DNA of 64,000 nt, taken from NCBI GenBank assembly GCA_019058315.1, contig JAHPZH010000003.1:524451-588450 (forward strand), given 5' to 3'. The translations under genes and the position numbers were made by a program. Origin of the DNA: Candidatus Helarchaeota archaeon. GTDB taxonomy: Archaea; Asgardarchaeota; Lokiarchaeia; Helarchaeales; RDOG01. Each line of letters begins with the position of its first letter. The first letter of the stretch is position 1. Below, piece after piece: positions 38,917 to 48,135 of this stretch. The notes beneath the pieces are model-generated. The model saw nothing but the letters and a program-made list of their open reading frames with translations. It was not told the origin of the DNA and searched no databases.

Positions 38917-40395
38917 TTAAGAAAGTGTTTTGTAATAATCTATCATATTTTTAAACAGGTTTGGAATAATATTTTTTTGTAAATAACCCGACATTGCAAA
39001 CCTGTGACCACCATATTGCATATCTGCATTTAATTCATTTTTGGTCTTTTTATATACTTTTTTAGCATCAGCAAATTCCATATCTTGATCTATCATTTCC
39101 CAAATTTTTTCATGTGCTCGAACACTGACTTTATATTGTGTTTCGTCCATTTTACAAGAGGATAGCACTATCTCAAGATTTGGATTTTGTTTCATAATCA
39201 CTCCTGCAACTACACCAACTTCGTCATAAAAAATATAATCGGTAAAATCAATCAGAACAACTTTTCCATCACAAGCTGTTTTAATAGGCAAAATTCCGTT
39301 ATTATAAGCGTTTAATGCCTCAGCAACTTCTTGATCTCCTATTTTATGCATTTCTTCAATCTCATTTTGAACATCCATAGGCACTTTTTGATCATTTAAT
39401 AAAGTCAGTGCTAAATCCCAATGGCCCAGTCTACAACAGTAATTAATACGATGGAGAATTTCTCTGGGATCTAAACTGAATCTTCCGTCTGCTGTTTTAG
39501 TACAATCCCAACCCCGCAAAGCTTCTAAGTCATATGTTGGTTTAATGACTTCTTTTTTCAAGAATTTCTTTACATCAACTTTAGCGATTGAAATAATACG
39601 GTTTATAATAATATTCAATATTTTTTGTTTTTCTTCTTTATTTAGATCTATTATTCTTCTCCAATAATCGCCATCTTTGGGTTGGATTGTGGAATTTATA
39701 ATATCGCGACAAAAATGATAATCCGAAAATCCAGGAATCCCAGATCTATTGATAGTAATATATACGGGATAAAGTCCCCTACCGAATAATGAAATATCTG
39801 TGGTTACCTTTACAGCCCCGCTTGTTTTTGCCATTTTTAATATTACTTCATTTATTTTCCCAATTTTTTTTTGAAATTGAAAATCAGAAATTGCTCCTGA
39901 TATTGCATAGGCTAGAATAACTTTTCCGATATTTTTTTCCCAAAATGAATTATCAAATAAATGTCTAATTAATGAGAATGCAGTTGTTGATCCCGACGCA
40001 TCAATTTCGTCATCTAATCCAAATTCTATACAATTAAGTTGTCTCTCACCATACATACCCGATTTATTTGGGTGATGGTCTGTAATCAAAAAATCAGAAA
40101 CATGTTTTTCAAGAATAGGAGCAAATGCTGATCCTATATCACATGTAAGAACGTATTTTGGAGAATTCTCTATTAACAAAGAATTTAGTTGATCAAGATC
40201 CGGAGAAAGTAGAATATAGGGTATAATTTTATGAAAACCTAATTCTCTTAATCCTTGTAATAATACACTAGTTGCTGAAATTCCATCCCCATCTCGATGA
40301 CCAATAATCATAATTTTAGATTTTCTGTTCCATGAATTTAGTCTTTCTGAAAGATTTTTTGCTTTTTCGAAGAAAGAGGACATATATGTCATCAA
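38917..40395 (-). CDS. DHH-family phosphoesterase, archaeal RecJ/Cdc45-like
   Basis: HRDGDG, CDIGS, TDHHP, GAISD, C-terminal DHHA1 GGHRFAMSG. Confidence 0.9.
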   Translation of the reverse strand: MMTYMSSFFEKAKNLSERLNSWNRKSKIMIIGHRDGDGISATSVLLQGLRELGFHKIIPYILLSPDLDQLNSLLIENSPKYVLTCDIGSAFAPILEKHVSDFLITDHHPNKSGMYGERQLNCIEFGLDDEIDASGSTTAFSLIRHLFDNSFWEKNIGKVILAYAISGAISDFQFQKKIGKINEVILKMAKTSGAVKVTTDISLFGRGLYPVYITINRSGIPGFSDYHFCRDIINSTIQPKDGDYWRRIIDLNKEEKQKILNIIINRIISIAKVDVKKFLKKEVIKPTYDLEALRGWDCTKTADGRFSLDPREILHRINYCCRLGHWDLALTLLNDQKVPMDVQNEIEEMHKIGDQEVAEALNAYNNGILPIKTACDGKVVLIDFTDYIFYDEVGVVAGVIMKQNPNLEIVLSSCKMDETQYKVSVRAHEKIWEMIDQDMEFADAKKVYKKTKNELNADMQYGGHRFAMSGYLQKNIIPNLFKNMIDYYKTLS

Positions 40396-40533
40396 TTTTT
40401 TTATCTAGTATTTTGTAAGTAATATTTCTTGGAATAAAAATTTTCTCTAATAGCCTTTTCTATAGAGATACTTATAGACCTCTATTAAAATAATATAGGC
40501 TCAAGAAGAAAAGTGATAAAATGGTAAATAAGC

Positions 40534-40821
40534 TCAATCAATCATTTTTATAATAAGCTTTTCACAAGCAGGTTCACAAATTTTTCTAACACCGCGTTCC
40601 CCTGGTTCGTAATGGCTTATTATTAAACCGGCATTCTCGAGAATTTTTACCTGTGCACTTATATTTGCTTCAGTCTGGTTTAGTGATTCGGCAATTCGTG
40701 AAATATCCAATTTTTTATCGCTTTTTAGTAATTTCAAGATATTCAAACGGGTTTTTGATGCTAAAGCTTTAAAAATTGGACTGGCTTCGCCATTGCTAAT
40801 TTCAATTTCCGGTTTTGGCAT
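40534..40821 (-). CDS. ArsR-family winged HTH regulator; start revised to ATG 40821
   Basis: IFKALASKTRLNILKLL...ISRIAESLNQTEANISAQVKILENAGLI; the 31 codons upstream of M32 look non-coding. Confidence 0.88.
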   Translation of the reverse strand: MPKPEIEISNGEASPIFKALASKTRLNILKLLKSDKKLDISRIAESLNQTEANISAQVKILENAGLIISHYEPGERGVRKICEPACEKLIIKMID

Positions 40822-40861
40822 TATAATTTCCCAAAAATTTGCAAACTGTTTTTCGGTATAG

Positions 40862-40911
40862 AAATATTCGCATTTATTAGAAATATTTTTTGAAATAAAA
40901 ATATTCGCATT
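40862..40911. promoter_or_regulatory. Direct repeat AAATATTCGCATT x2 upstream of the ArsR gene; candidate operator
   Basis: Exact 13-mers at 40862-40874 and 40899-40911, with a partial copy (AGAAATATT) between them. Confidence 0.45.
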
Positions 40912-40916
40912 CATTT

Positions 40917-41522
40917 TTAAACTAGTTTTTTAAACTTAAGAAAACATATCCCTTCCGAAATATCACTTTCTAATTTTTTGAAATTAAATTCATTTAGGAT
41001 ACCTTCGTAAATCTTAGAAATACATTCAATGTATTCCTTATTTAACGTTTTTCCAAAAATTCGTAATTCTATTTCCTTTGGATTATTGAGATTTGGTATT
41101 TTATTTAATTTAACTTCAGTACCATGCCAAAATATATCCTTGCTTACAATCTCAATTTTATTTAGCTCTTCTTCTGGAAATCTTACTTTAGAATAACTGG
41201 CAATCCATTTACCATAATTAAAATAAAGCTCAAGGATTCTTTCTTTCCCTTCAGTTTTAAATGCCCAATTGTGAACTAAATTACCTAATTTTAAAGGTAT
41301 AAATATCATATTAACATCTCTAGCAATCATGAGATTTTCATAATTATTTATAACTTCAGAGCATTTTCCAAGTTTTTCTTCATGACAATAAATGGTTGCC
41401 TCTAAAGCTTCGTTAATTAAGGAAAATAAGGTTACACCCTCTTTTTTTGCGATATTAGCCAGTTTCTCAGCTAATTCTTTATTAATTGCAATAGTTTTTC
41501 TCTCTTGAGTAATGGAAATCAC
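40917..41522 (-). CDS. Ribbon-helix-helix + V4R/HNOB-like domain protein (paralog 1)
   Basis: RKTIAINKELAEKLANIAKKEGVTLFSLINEAL (RHH); FNYGKWIA...CISKIYEGIL...GICFL. Confidence 0.7.
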   Translation of the reverse strand: MISITQERKTIAINKELAEKLANIAKKEGVTLFSLINEALEATIYCHEEKLGKCSEVINNYENLMIARDVNMIFIPLKLGNLVHNWAFKTEGKERILELYFNYGKWIASYSKVRFPEEELNKIEIVSKDIFWHGTEVKLNKIPNLNNPKEIELRIFGKTLNKEYIECISKIYEGILNEFNFKKLESDISEGICFLKFKKLV

Positions 41523-41704
41523 CTCTCCTATTCTTTTAATAAGTAATTAAAAGATAGAGTATAGGATTGAAAGAATTTTTCCACCCACTATTAGTTACTT
41601 TTATTTTTATCCCTTAAAAACTTGAACTTTTTAATATTAAAAAGTAAAATAGTAAAAAACTAAAAAACAAAACTGTAAAAGATTAGAATTTTAAAAACTA
41701 GGAA

Positions 41705-42334
41705 TTATTCTATTTTTTTTAGGTTTAGGAGGCATATTCCTTGAGAAATTTCCTTTTTCGTCGTTTTATATTTGAATTCATGAAATATACCTTCGTAGGC
41801 ACTAACAATACACTCTAAATATTCAACTTCCAATTCTTGACCAAAAACCCGCAATTGAATTTCATCAGGATCTTCGTCATTTGGAATATATTTGATTTCA
41901 AACTCAGTATTAGTCCAATAGAGAGTTTTATTTACACTTTCAAAGATTTTTAATCGATTTTGTGGAAACCGAACTCTTGTATAATTAGCGATCCACTTGC
42001 CATATTGGTACCAGTTAGTTAGTAGTTCATCCCAGCCATCTGTTTGAAAAGCGAGTTTATTTACTAAATTTTCTAATTTTAGAGGAACGAGAATCATACC
42101 AATATCTTTTGCTAACATAAGATCTTGGTAATTTTTTATTAGATCAGATAATTTTCCAAGTTTAGTTTCATGAGCGAAAATTGCAGTTTCCAATATTTCA
42201 TTAATTAGCGAAAAAAGGGTCATGCCTTCTTTTTTAGCAATCTCCGCTAATTTTTCTGCATTTTCTTTATTAACTGCTATTGTTTTTCTCTCATGAGTCG
42301 TTCTGGTAGCCTCCGTTTTCCCTTCCACAAACAA
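41705..42334 (-). CDS. Ribbon-helix-helix + V4R/HNOB-like domain protein (paralog 2)
   Basis: Full-length paralog of 40917..41522. Confidence 0.7.
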   Translation of the reverse strand: MFVEGKTEATRTTHERKTIAVNKENAEKLAEIAKKEGMTLFSLINEILETAIFAHETKLGKLSDLIKNYQDLMLAKDIGMILVPLKLENLVNKLAFQTDGWDELLTNWYQYGKWIANYTRVRFPQNRLKIFESVNKTLYWTNTEFEIKYIPNDEDPDEIQLRVFGQELEVEYLECIVSAYEGIFHEFKYKTTKKEISQGICLLNLKKIE

Positions 42335-42604
42335 TTTTTTTATCTTATAAAAGAATTGATTTTAGTGTGTATATAAAAGAATATAAATTTATATATAAAA
42401 TTCGAGTTTTCAAAAAATTAAATATTTTAAATATTATGACTTTGAACTAAATAGAAAAAAAAATTAGGTGAATTTAGATAGTTAAACAATTTTTTAGTAG
42501 TAGTAAACTTGATGAATTTACTGTTTCAAATCATAAGGATCATTATTTAAGATTATTTAGATTAAATATATTTTTATATTATCTGAGATTTAAATGGTGG
42601 TATT

Positions 42605-43261
42605 TTGGGAACATATAACAGACATAATCAAATAATTTATCATTTAATAGTAGGATTGTGTAGTTTTTTAATAATTTTATCAAACTTTTTACCTTGGGAT
42701 ACTTATCTAACCATGAATTCACTTTTAATTTGGTATCTAAGCGGTATTTTTATTCCAATTGTAAAAACATTTTCTCCTTTAAATTGGGTCTGGAGTGATA
42801 TTGTTCCTTTTTTATCCTTTTTTCCTCTTTTTGGTGGATTATTGCTATTAATTGGATTAATTTTTTATTTATTAGAATATAAATATGGAAAAAGGCTTAT
42901 GGCGGGAGGAGCTATTATAGCTATTTTAATTTATGCACTATATATCCTACTTTTTTGGCTCATTCCTAAGATTATGGAAGCGGCGGGAGTTGGATATTTA
43001 ATATGGTTGGAAGAATATAGAATACCAAATGAATTTGGTGCTTATTTCTGTTTAATACCCGGAATTGCAGTGATTCCATTTCTTTTCTTAATAAAACTAC
43101 CAGAAATAAAAGAAGAGGAACCAATGGCTCTAAAAACACCAAAAATTGCAGTCCCATATAAAAAGACTAAACCAATTAAGGGTAAAAAATTCTGTTCAAA
43201 TTGCGGAGCTATAATAAAAGAAGATTCTGTTTTTTGTAATCAATGCGGAACGTATTTTTAG
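42605..43261 (+). CDS. Membrane protein with a C-terminal zinc ribbon
   Basis: About 4 TM helices; FCSNCG...FCNQCG. Confidence 0.85.
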   Translation: MGTYNRHNQIIYHLIVGLCSFLIILSNFLPWDTYLTMNSLLIWYLSGIFIPIVKTFSPLNWVWSDIVPFLSFFPLFGGLLLLIGLIFYLLEYKYGKRLMAGGAIIAILIYALYILLFWLIPKIMEAAGVGYLIWLEEYRIPNEFGAYFCLIPGIAVIPFLFLIKLPEIKEEEPMALKTPKIAVPYKKTKPIKGKKFCSNCGAIIKEDSVFCNQCGTYF

Positions 43262-43264
43262 AAT

Positions 43265-44212
43265 TCAGACTAATAAATTGTCCACTGCTAATTTTGTAGC
43301 AATTCTTCCAAATGCTTTGTTTACATTAGTCCCATCTTTCGCTGAAGTTAGCATGAAATTAAACCCCAGTGAATCTCCCAGTTTCTTAGCTTCCATCATC
43401 TTTACTTGTCTATCAGGAAGATCTATTTTGTTTCCTATTAATAAACATTTGATTTTCTGCTTTTTTAGATCTCCAAGTTCTGATTCAACATCCTTTACCC
43501 AATCTGTAATATTTTCGAATGTTTCTTTCCTTGAAACGTCAAAAACAAAAAGGATTGCTTGTGTACCCCTATAATAATTTTTCCTGACTTTTCGGAAATA
43601 TTTTTGTCCCGCAACATCAAAAATACTAAATTTTATTTCTACATTTTCAAATAAATTGTAAGATTTTGTCATTATATTGACGCCTATAGTAGATATATAA
43701 TCTGAATCAAATTTATGCTCTACAAATTGACGAACAAGACTGGTCTTTCCAACTGCTCCATCCCCAATCATGATTAATTTAAATGTAAATCGGGTTGGTT
43801 CTAATTTTTCTAATTCGGGTAATTCAACAGAAATATCACGTTTTTCCAGATCTAATATTTGAGCTGCTTTTTCAGCTACGATATATGAATATGGGAGAAT
43901 ATCCGATGATTCAGCATCCTCGGAAGCCAGGGTTACGAGTACGTTCTTTCCACACTGGGTAAATAGGAATAATCCTTGCTCAGTCTCTATTTGTGCTCCA
44001 TAATGTCCTGTAACGCTGAACTCTCTCTTGATCCGCTCGGAAGCCATGCCGAATGATGCAGAGACTGCACCTACTACGTCTTCGTCCATTGATTCATCCA
44101 TTTTACTACCAATAACGAGTCCTTCGGGGTCAATAATGGCTGCCGCGATTATTTCTTTACTATGAGACACATAATTTTTTAGCAACTCAGTAATTTTTTC
44201 TGGTGTACTCAT
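43265..44212 (-). CDS. Roadblock/LC7 - Rab-like small GTPase fusion (copy 3)
   Basis: AAAIIDPEGLVIGS Roadblock; GDGAVGKTS, YISTIGV, FDVAGQ, GNKID, LTSAK; shares ILP(Y/W)xYIVAEK with copies 1 and 2. Confidence 0.93.
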   Translation of the reverse strand: MSTPEKITELLKNYVSHSKEIIAAAIIDPEGLVIGSKMDESMDEDVVGAVSASFGMASERIKREFSVTGHYGAQIETEQGLFLFTQCGKNVLVTLASEDAESSDILPYSYIVAEKAAQILDLEKRDISVELPELEKLEPTRFTFKLIMIGDGAVGKTSLVRQFVEHKFDSDYISTIGVNIMTKSYNLFENVEIKFSIFDVAGQKYFRKVRKNYYRGTQAILFVFDVSRKETFENITDWVKDVESELGDLKKQKIKCLLIGNKIDLPDRQVKMMEAKKLGDSLGFNFMLTSAKDGTNVNKAFGRIATKLAVDNLLV

Positions 44213-44369
44213 TTTTGCAAACTCTCTTTTGCTAATTTTTATTTGTAGACATAATTATAATTTTTTTATTAAAAAAATTTCTTCTTTAATCGATATATAT
44301 ATTTAACACCAGAAAATATAATATATAAATTATTTTTCAAGAACAATTGACTTTTAGAGCGAAATTAAA

Positions 44370-45326
44370 ATGGAATCATTAAAAAATTCAATATTTCCTT
44401 CCAGAACATTACCTTATTTAGATATAGCTAGAACTTATCAAATTTCTACAAGATTCCTTAAGGAAGATGGAAATTATCAAGATTGGGTTAAAATAGGACC
44501 TCAAGAAACTTATGAATTCCCCGAGCTCAAAGGCCCCGCATGTATTAGAGTATTTTGGATAACTATATCCCCTTCTATGTATAATATTATGAAAGTAATG
44601 AGTTATAAAGATTTACGCATACTTCGACAAATAGCTATAAAAATTAGATATGACGGAGAATCAAAATCGTCAGTTAAGGTTCCGATTGGAAATTTTTTTG
44701 GTACTACTTTTGGTAAATATAAACATTATTGTTCAAAATACCTTGGAACAACAAGTGGTGGGTATCACAGTTTTTTTCCAATTCCATTTAGAAAATCTTG
44801 TAAATTTTTAGTAAAAAATTATTCCACTACCGAAACTATCAAATTATTCGGCCATATTGAATACCAAAAACTAACGTTTTTTCCAGATAATGTAGGATAC
44901 TTTCATGCAAAATTTGTTCAAAAACGTCCTAAAATAGGAGAGCCATTCGAAGTATTGTCTGTTGATGGAAAAGGAATATATGTAGGAACTAGTATGGGTA
45001 TGAGAGGAAGTAATTTAAATATACCATTGTTTTTCTTAGAAGGAAATATTGATATATGTGTAGATGGAGAGAAATGTTTCCATTATACAGGAACTGAGGA
45101 TTACTTTTTAAGTGGATGGTATTTTGTTACCGGCGAATTCCACGATGAATATCATGGATGCACCATAAAAAGTTGGAAAAAAGGAGGAATTGTATCTGCT
45201 TATAGGTTTCATGAACCACCAATAAGTTTTAATAAAAATTTTAAATTATTAGCACATCATGGTGAACGTGATGAGATAAGATCTAATTATCAGAGCGTCG
45301 CTTATTTTTATTTGGAGAGAAAATAA
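44370..45326 (+). CDS. DUF2961 / glycoside hydrolase family 172-like protein (no signal peptide)
   Basis: GPACIRVFWIT, VPIGNFFG, FPIPFRKS, YFHA, LEGN and YTGTEDYF (two candidate catalytic Glu), SAYRFH, YQSVAYFY. Confidence 0.85.
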   Translation: MESLKNSIFPSRTLPYLDIARTYQISTRFLKEDGNYQDWVKIGPQETYEFPELKGPACIRVFWITISPSMYNIMKVMSYKDLRILRQIAIKIRYDGESKSSVKVPIGNFFGTTFGKYKHYCSKYLGTTSGGYHSFFPIPFRKSCKFLVKNYSTTETIKLFGHIEYQKLTFFPDNVGYFHAKFVQKRPKIGEPFEVLSVDGKGIYVGTSMGMRGSNLNIPLFFLEGNIDICVDGEKCFHYTGTEDYFLSGWYFVTGEFHDEYHGCTIKSWKKGGIVSAYRFHEPPISFNKNFKLLAHHGERDEIRSNYQSVAYFYLERK

Positions 45327-45327
45327 T

Positions 45328-46545
45328 ATGAAAAGTATATATTTAGCACTAGGATCAGAAATAGATCCTGAAAAATATTTAATTTGTAAATTCTATTTCG
45401 AATCTCAACTATCGGATGAGGAAGCTGCCGAAAGTATTGCAGCAGAAAGCTCTATAGGTACTTGGACAGACGTCCAGACCATGAAAGAAGAAATTAAAAA
45501 TAGATTAGCTGCAAAAGTATTTAAACTTGAGAAAAATATCATGCATATCGCATATCCCCTTGAAATGTTTGAAATTTCAGTTCCGCAGCTTCTAGCTGAT
45601 ATTGCTGGAAACATTTTTGGCATTAAATTTGTTGATAATCTTCGTTTATTAGAAGTAAAATTTCCTTCAAAATATATTAAGTCGTTTAAAGGTCCTCGTT
45701 TTGGTATAGAAGGAGTTCGAAAACTGCTTAAAATCAAAGAAAGACCACTTGTTGGAACGATAATCAAACCAAAAATCGGTTTATCAGCAGATGAGCATGC
45801 ACGAGTTGCATATGAAGCATGGGTTGGTGGTTGTGATTTCGTAAAAGATGATGAGAATTTAACTAATCAAGGTTTTAATCCTTTTAAAGAACGAGTAGAG
45901 AAGACTTTAAAATCTTTGGATAAAGCTGAAACTAAAACGGGTGAAAAGAAAAATTATGCACCAAATATTTCTGCTCCTTACAGTGAAATGATTGAAAGAG
46001 CCCAATTTGTTAAAGATAATGGAGGAAAATGTATTATGATAGATATACTTACTTGTGGCTTTTCTGCTCTACAAAGCATTGGAGAAGAAAATTTTGGTAT
46101 GGTGATTCATGGTCATAGGACTATGCATGGAGCGATAACGAGAAATGAGAAACACGGAATTCATATGAATGTTTTAGCTCAATTATCTCGATTTTGTGGC
46201 ATAGATCAACTTCATATTGGGACAATTGTTGGTAAAATGTCAGGCGATAAAGAAGAAGTATTGAAAAATGTAGAAGCATGCATTTATAAATGTGGACTAA
46301 AATCTGCTTTTCCTGTTTGTTCTGGCGGACTGTATGCAGGTCATATACCGCCCCTCATGGAAATTCTAGGAAAAAATATAATAATACAAGCGGGAGGAGG
46401 AGTTCATGGTCATACTAAGGGAACATCGGCAGGAGCAACATCAATGAGACAAGCGGTAGATGCAGTAATGGATGGGATTCCAATTGAAGAATTTATTAAA
46501 ACTCATGAAGAATTAAGACTAGCCCTGAAGAAATGGAAGAGGTAA
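45328..46545 (+). CDS. rbcL: Ribulose-1,5-bisphosphate carboxylase, form III
   Basis: AESSIGTW, GNIFG, GTIIKPK, DFVKDDE, HGHR, QLHIGT..GKM, SGG, QAGGGVHGH: full catalytic set. Confidence 0.96.
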   Translation: MKSIYLALGSEIDPEKYLICKFYFESQLSDEEAAESIAAESSIGTWTDVQTMKEEIKNRLAAKVFKLEKNIMHIAYPLEMFEISVPQLLADIAGNIFGIKFVDNLRLLEVKFPSKYIKSFKGPRFGIEGVRKLLKIKERPLVGTIIKPKIGLSADEHARVAYEAWVGGCDFVKDDENLTNQGFNPFKERVEKTLKSLDKAETKTGEKKNYAPNISAPYSEMIERAQFVKDNGGKCIMIDILTCGFSALQSIGEENFGMVIHGHRTMHGAITRNEKHGIHMNVLAQLSRFCGIDQLHIGTIVGKMSGDKEEVLKNVEACIYKCGLKSAFPVCSGGLYAGHIPPLMEILGKNIIIQAGGGVHGHTKGTSAGATSMRQAVDAVMDGIPIEEFIKTHEELRLALKKWKR

Positions 46546-47987
46546 AACCTTTGTTATTTGGGGGAATTGATGTTGGAACAACAGGAGTAAAGGTAATAAT
46601 ATCTGATGATCAGGGAAATGTTATTTCTTCTATTTCACACGATTTTAAATTCCCTAAAGTTACACTTCCGGATGGTTATTCAGAACAAAATCCAAAAATT
46701 TGGTGGGATGAACTAAAATCAACCTTGAAATTAACTATAAGAGATTTAGAGGGGAAATTTTTATTTGCATCTGATATTAAAGCCATTTCTGTTGACTCTA
46801 CATCCGGAACGATTATTCCTATTGGTAGAAATTTTGAACCTCTCCACAATGCTCTAATGTATAATGATTCTAGAGCTGTTAAAGAAGCTAAACAAATCAA
46901 CGAAGTTAGTCGAGATTTTTATTTAAAATTTAAACCTTCTTTCGCTCTTTCTAAAATCCTCTGGTTTAGGGAAAATAAACCTAAAATATATTTAAACACT
47001 TATAAGTTTGTCCATGCAGCAGATTATCTAGTCGGTATGTTAACAGATAATTTTACAATTTCTGATAGTTCTAATAGTCTGAAGACGGGTTATGACATAA
47101 TTCAAAAACGATGGCCGCCTTTTCTTGAAGATTTAGAAATAGAAGTGGATAGATTACCAGAAATAGTCCAACCTGGTCAAAAAATTGGAGAGATTTCAAA
47201 GAAATGCGCAGAAGAAACAGGATTATCGACTGCAACGACTGTTGTTGCTGGAGTTACAGATAGTACAGCTGGTGTTATTGCATCAGGTGCAGTGAATCCA
47301 GGAGATATTTTTAATGTAATAGGAACAACTTTGGTGGAACGAGCAGTTACTAAGAAGTTAGTAATTGATAAGAAAGGTCGAATATATTGTCATCAATTAC
47401 CAACTGGAAATTTTCTTCCGGGTGGTGCAAGTAATGTAGGGGGAGAAGTTCTAAAAAAATATTTTCCAAATGATAATTTGAAAGTGATGGATAGGAAATC
47501 AACTGAATATAAGCCATCCAATTTAATTATATATCCTTTAGCTAGAAAAGGAGAACGATTACCTTTCATAAATCCGGCAGCAGAAAGTTTTGTTGTTGGA
47601 CAACCAAAGGATAAATATCACCTTTTTACAGGTTGTCTGGAAGCAGTGGCATATGTGGAAAGGTGGATACTCGAAATTCTTAAAGATTTAGGTGCAAAAC
47701 TTGGAACAACGGTATATTCAGCTGGTGGGGGGGCGTATTCTAATGAATGGTGTCAAATCAGAGCAGATGTATTAAATAGAATAATCAGAAGACCTATGAT
47801 TGTTGAAGCTGCAATGGGAACTGCAATATTAGCGTCCACATATACCTTTTATAAGGATTTAGGCAAAGCAACAAAAAATATGGTTCATTATAAAGATCAT
47901 TTTGAACCTATTCCAGAAATGAAGAAAAAATATGATATAATTTATGATAAATTTAGATCCGAATGCAATAAACGTAATTATACTTAA
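46533..47987 (+). CDS. FGGY-family pentulose kinase (D-ribulokinase-like)
   Basis: GIDVGTTG, VDSTSGT, LMYNDSRA, HAADY, SDSSNSLKTGYD, GVTDSTA, GGASNVGG, AGGG; overlaps rbcL by 13 nt. Confidence 0.88.
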   Translation: MEEVKPLLFGGIDVGTTGVKVIISDDQGNVISSISHDFKFPKVTLPDGYSEQNPKIWWDELKSTLKLTIRDLEGKFLFASDIKAISVDSTSGTIIPIGRNFEPLHNALMYNDSRAVKEAKQINEVSRDFYLKFKPSFALSKILWFRENKPKIYLNTYKFVHAADYLVGMLTDNFTISDSSNSLKTGYDIIQKRWPPFLEDLEIEVDRLPEIVQPGQKIGEISKKCAEETGLSTATTVVAGVTDSTAGVIASGAVNPGDIFNVIGTTLVERAVTKKLVIDKKGRIYCHQLPTGNFLPGGASNVGGEVLKKYFPNDNLKVMDRKSTEYKPSNLIIYPLARKGERLPFINPAAESFVVGQPKDKYHLFTGCLEAVAYVERWILEILKDLGAKLGTTVYSAGGGAYSNEWCQIRADVLNRIIRRPMIVEAAMGTAILASTYTFYKDLGKATKNMVHYKDHFEPIPEMKKKYDIIYDKFRSECNKRNYT

Positions 47988-48135
47988 AATAATTTATGAC
48001 ATCATTCTTTTAGAATCGCAATTTTAAGTAAATTTTAATTAATTCTCTATTTTTAAAGTCAATTTCCTCAAAGATAAGATATTTATATAATTTGTCAATC
48101 CGTAGTCTCATACTTCAATTCACATAATCCATCAT

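Noticed and set aside
40862-40911. Mini CRISPR array
   Set aside because: Only two 13-bp copies, no cas genes
45328-46545. Rubisco-like protein (form IV) or evidence of a Calvin cycle
   Set aside because: All carboxylase catalytic motifs are present, so not form IV; no small subunit or PRK here, so autotrophy is not supported
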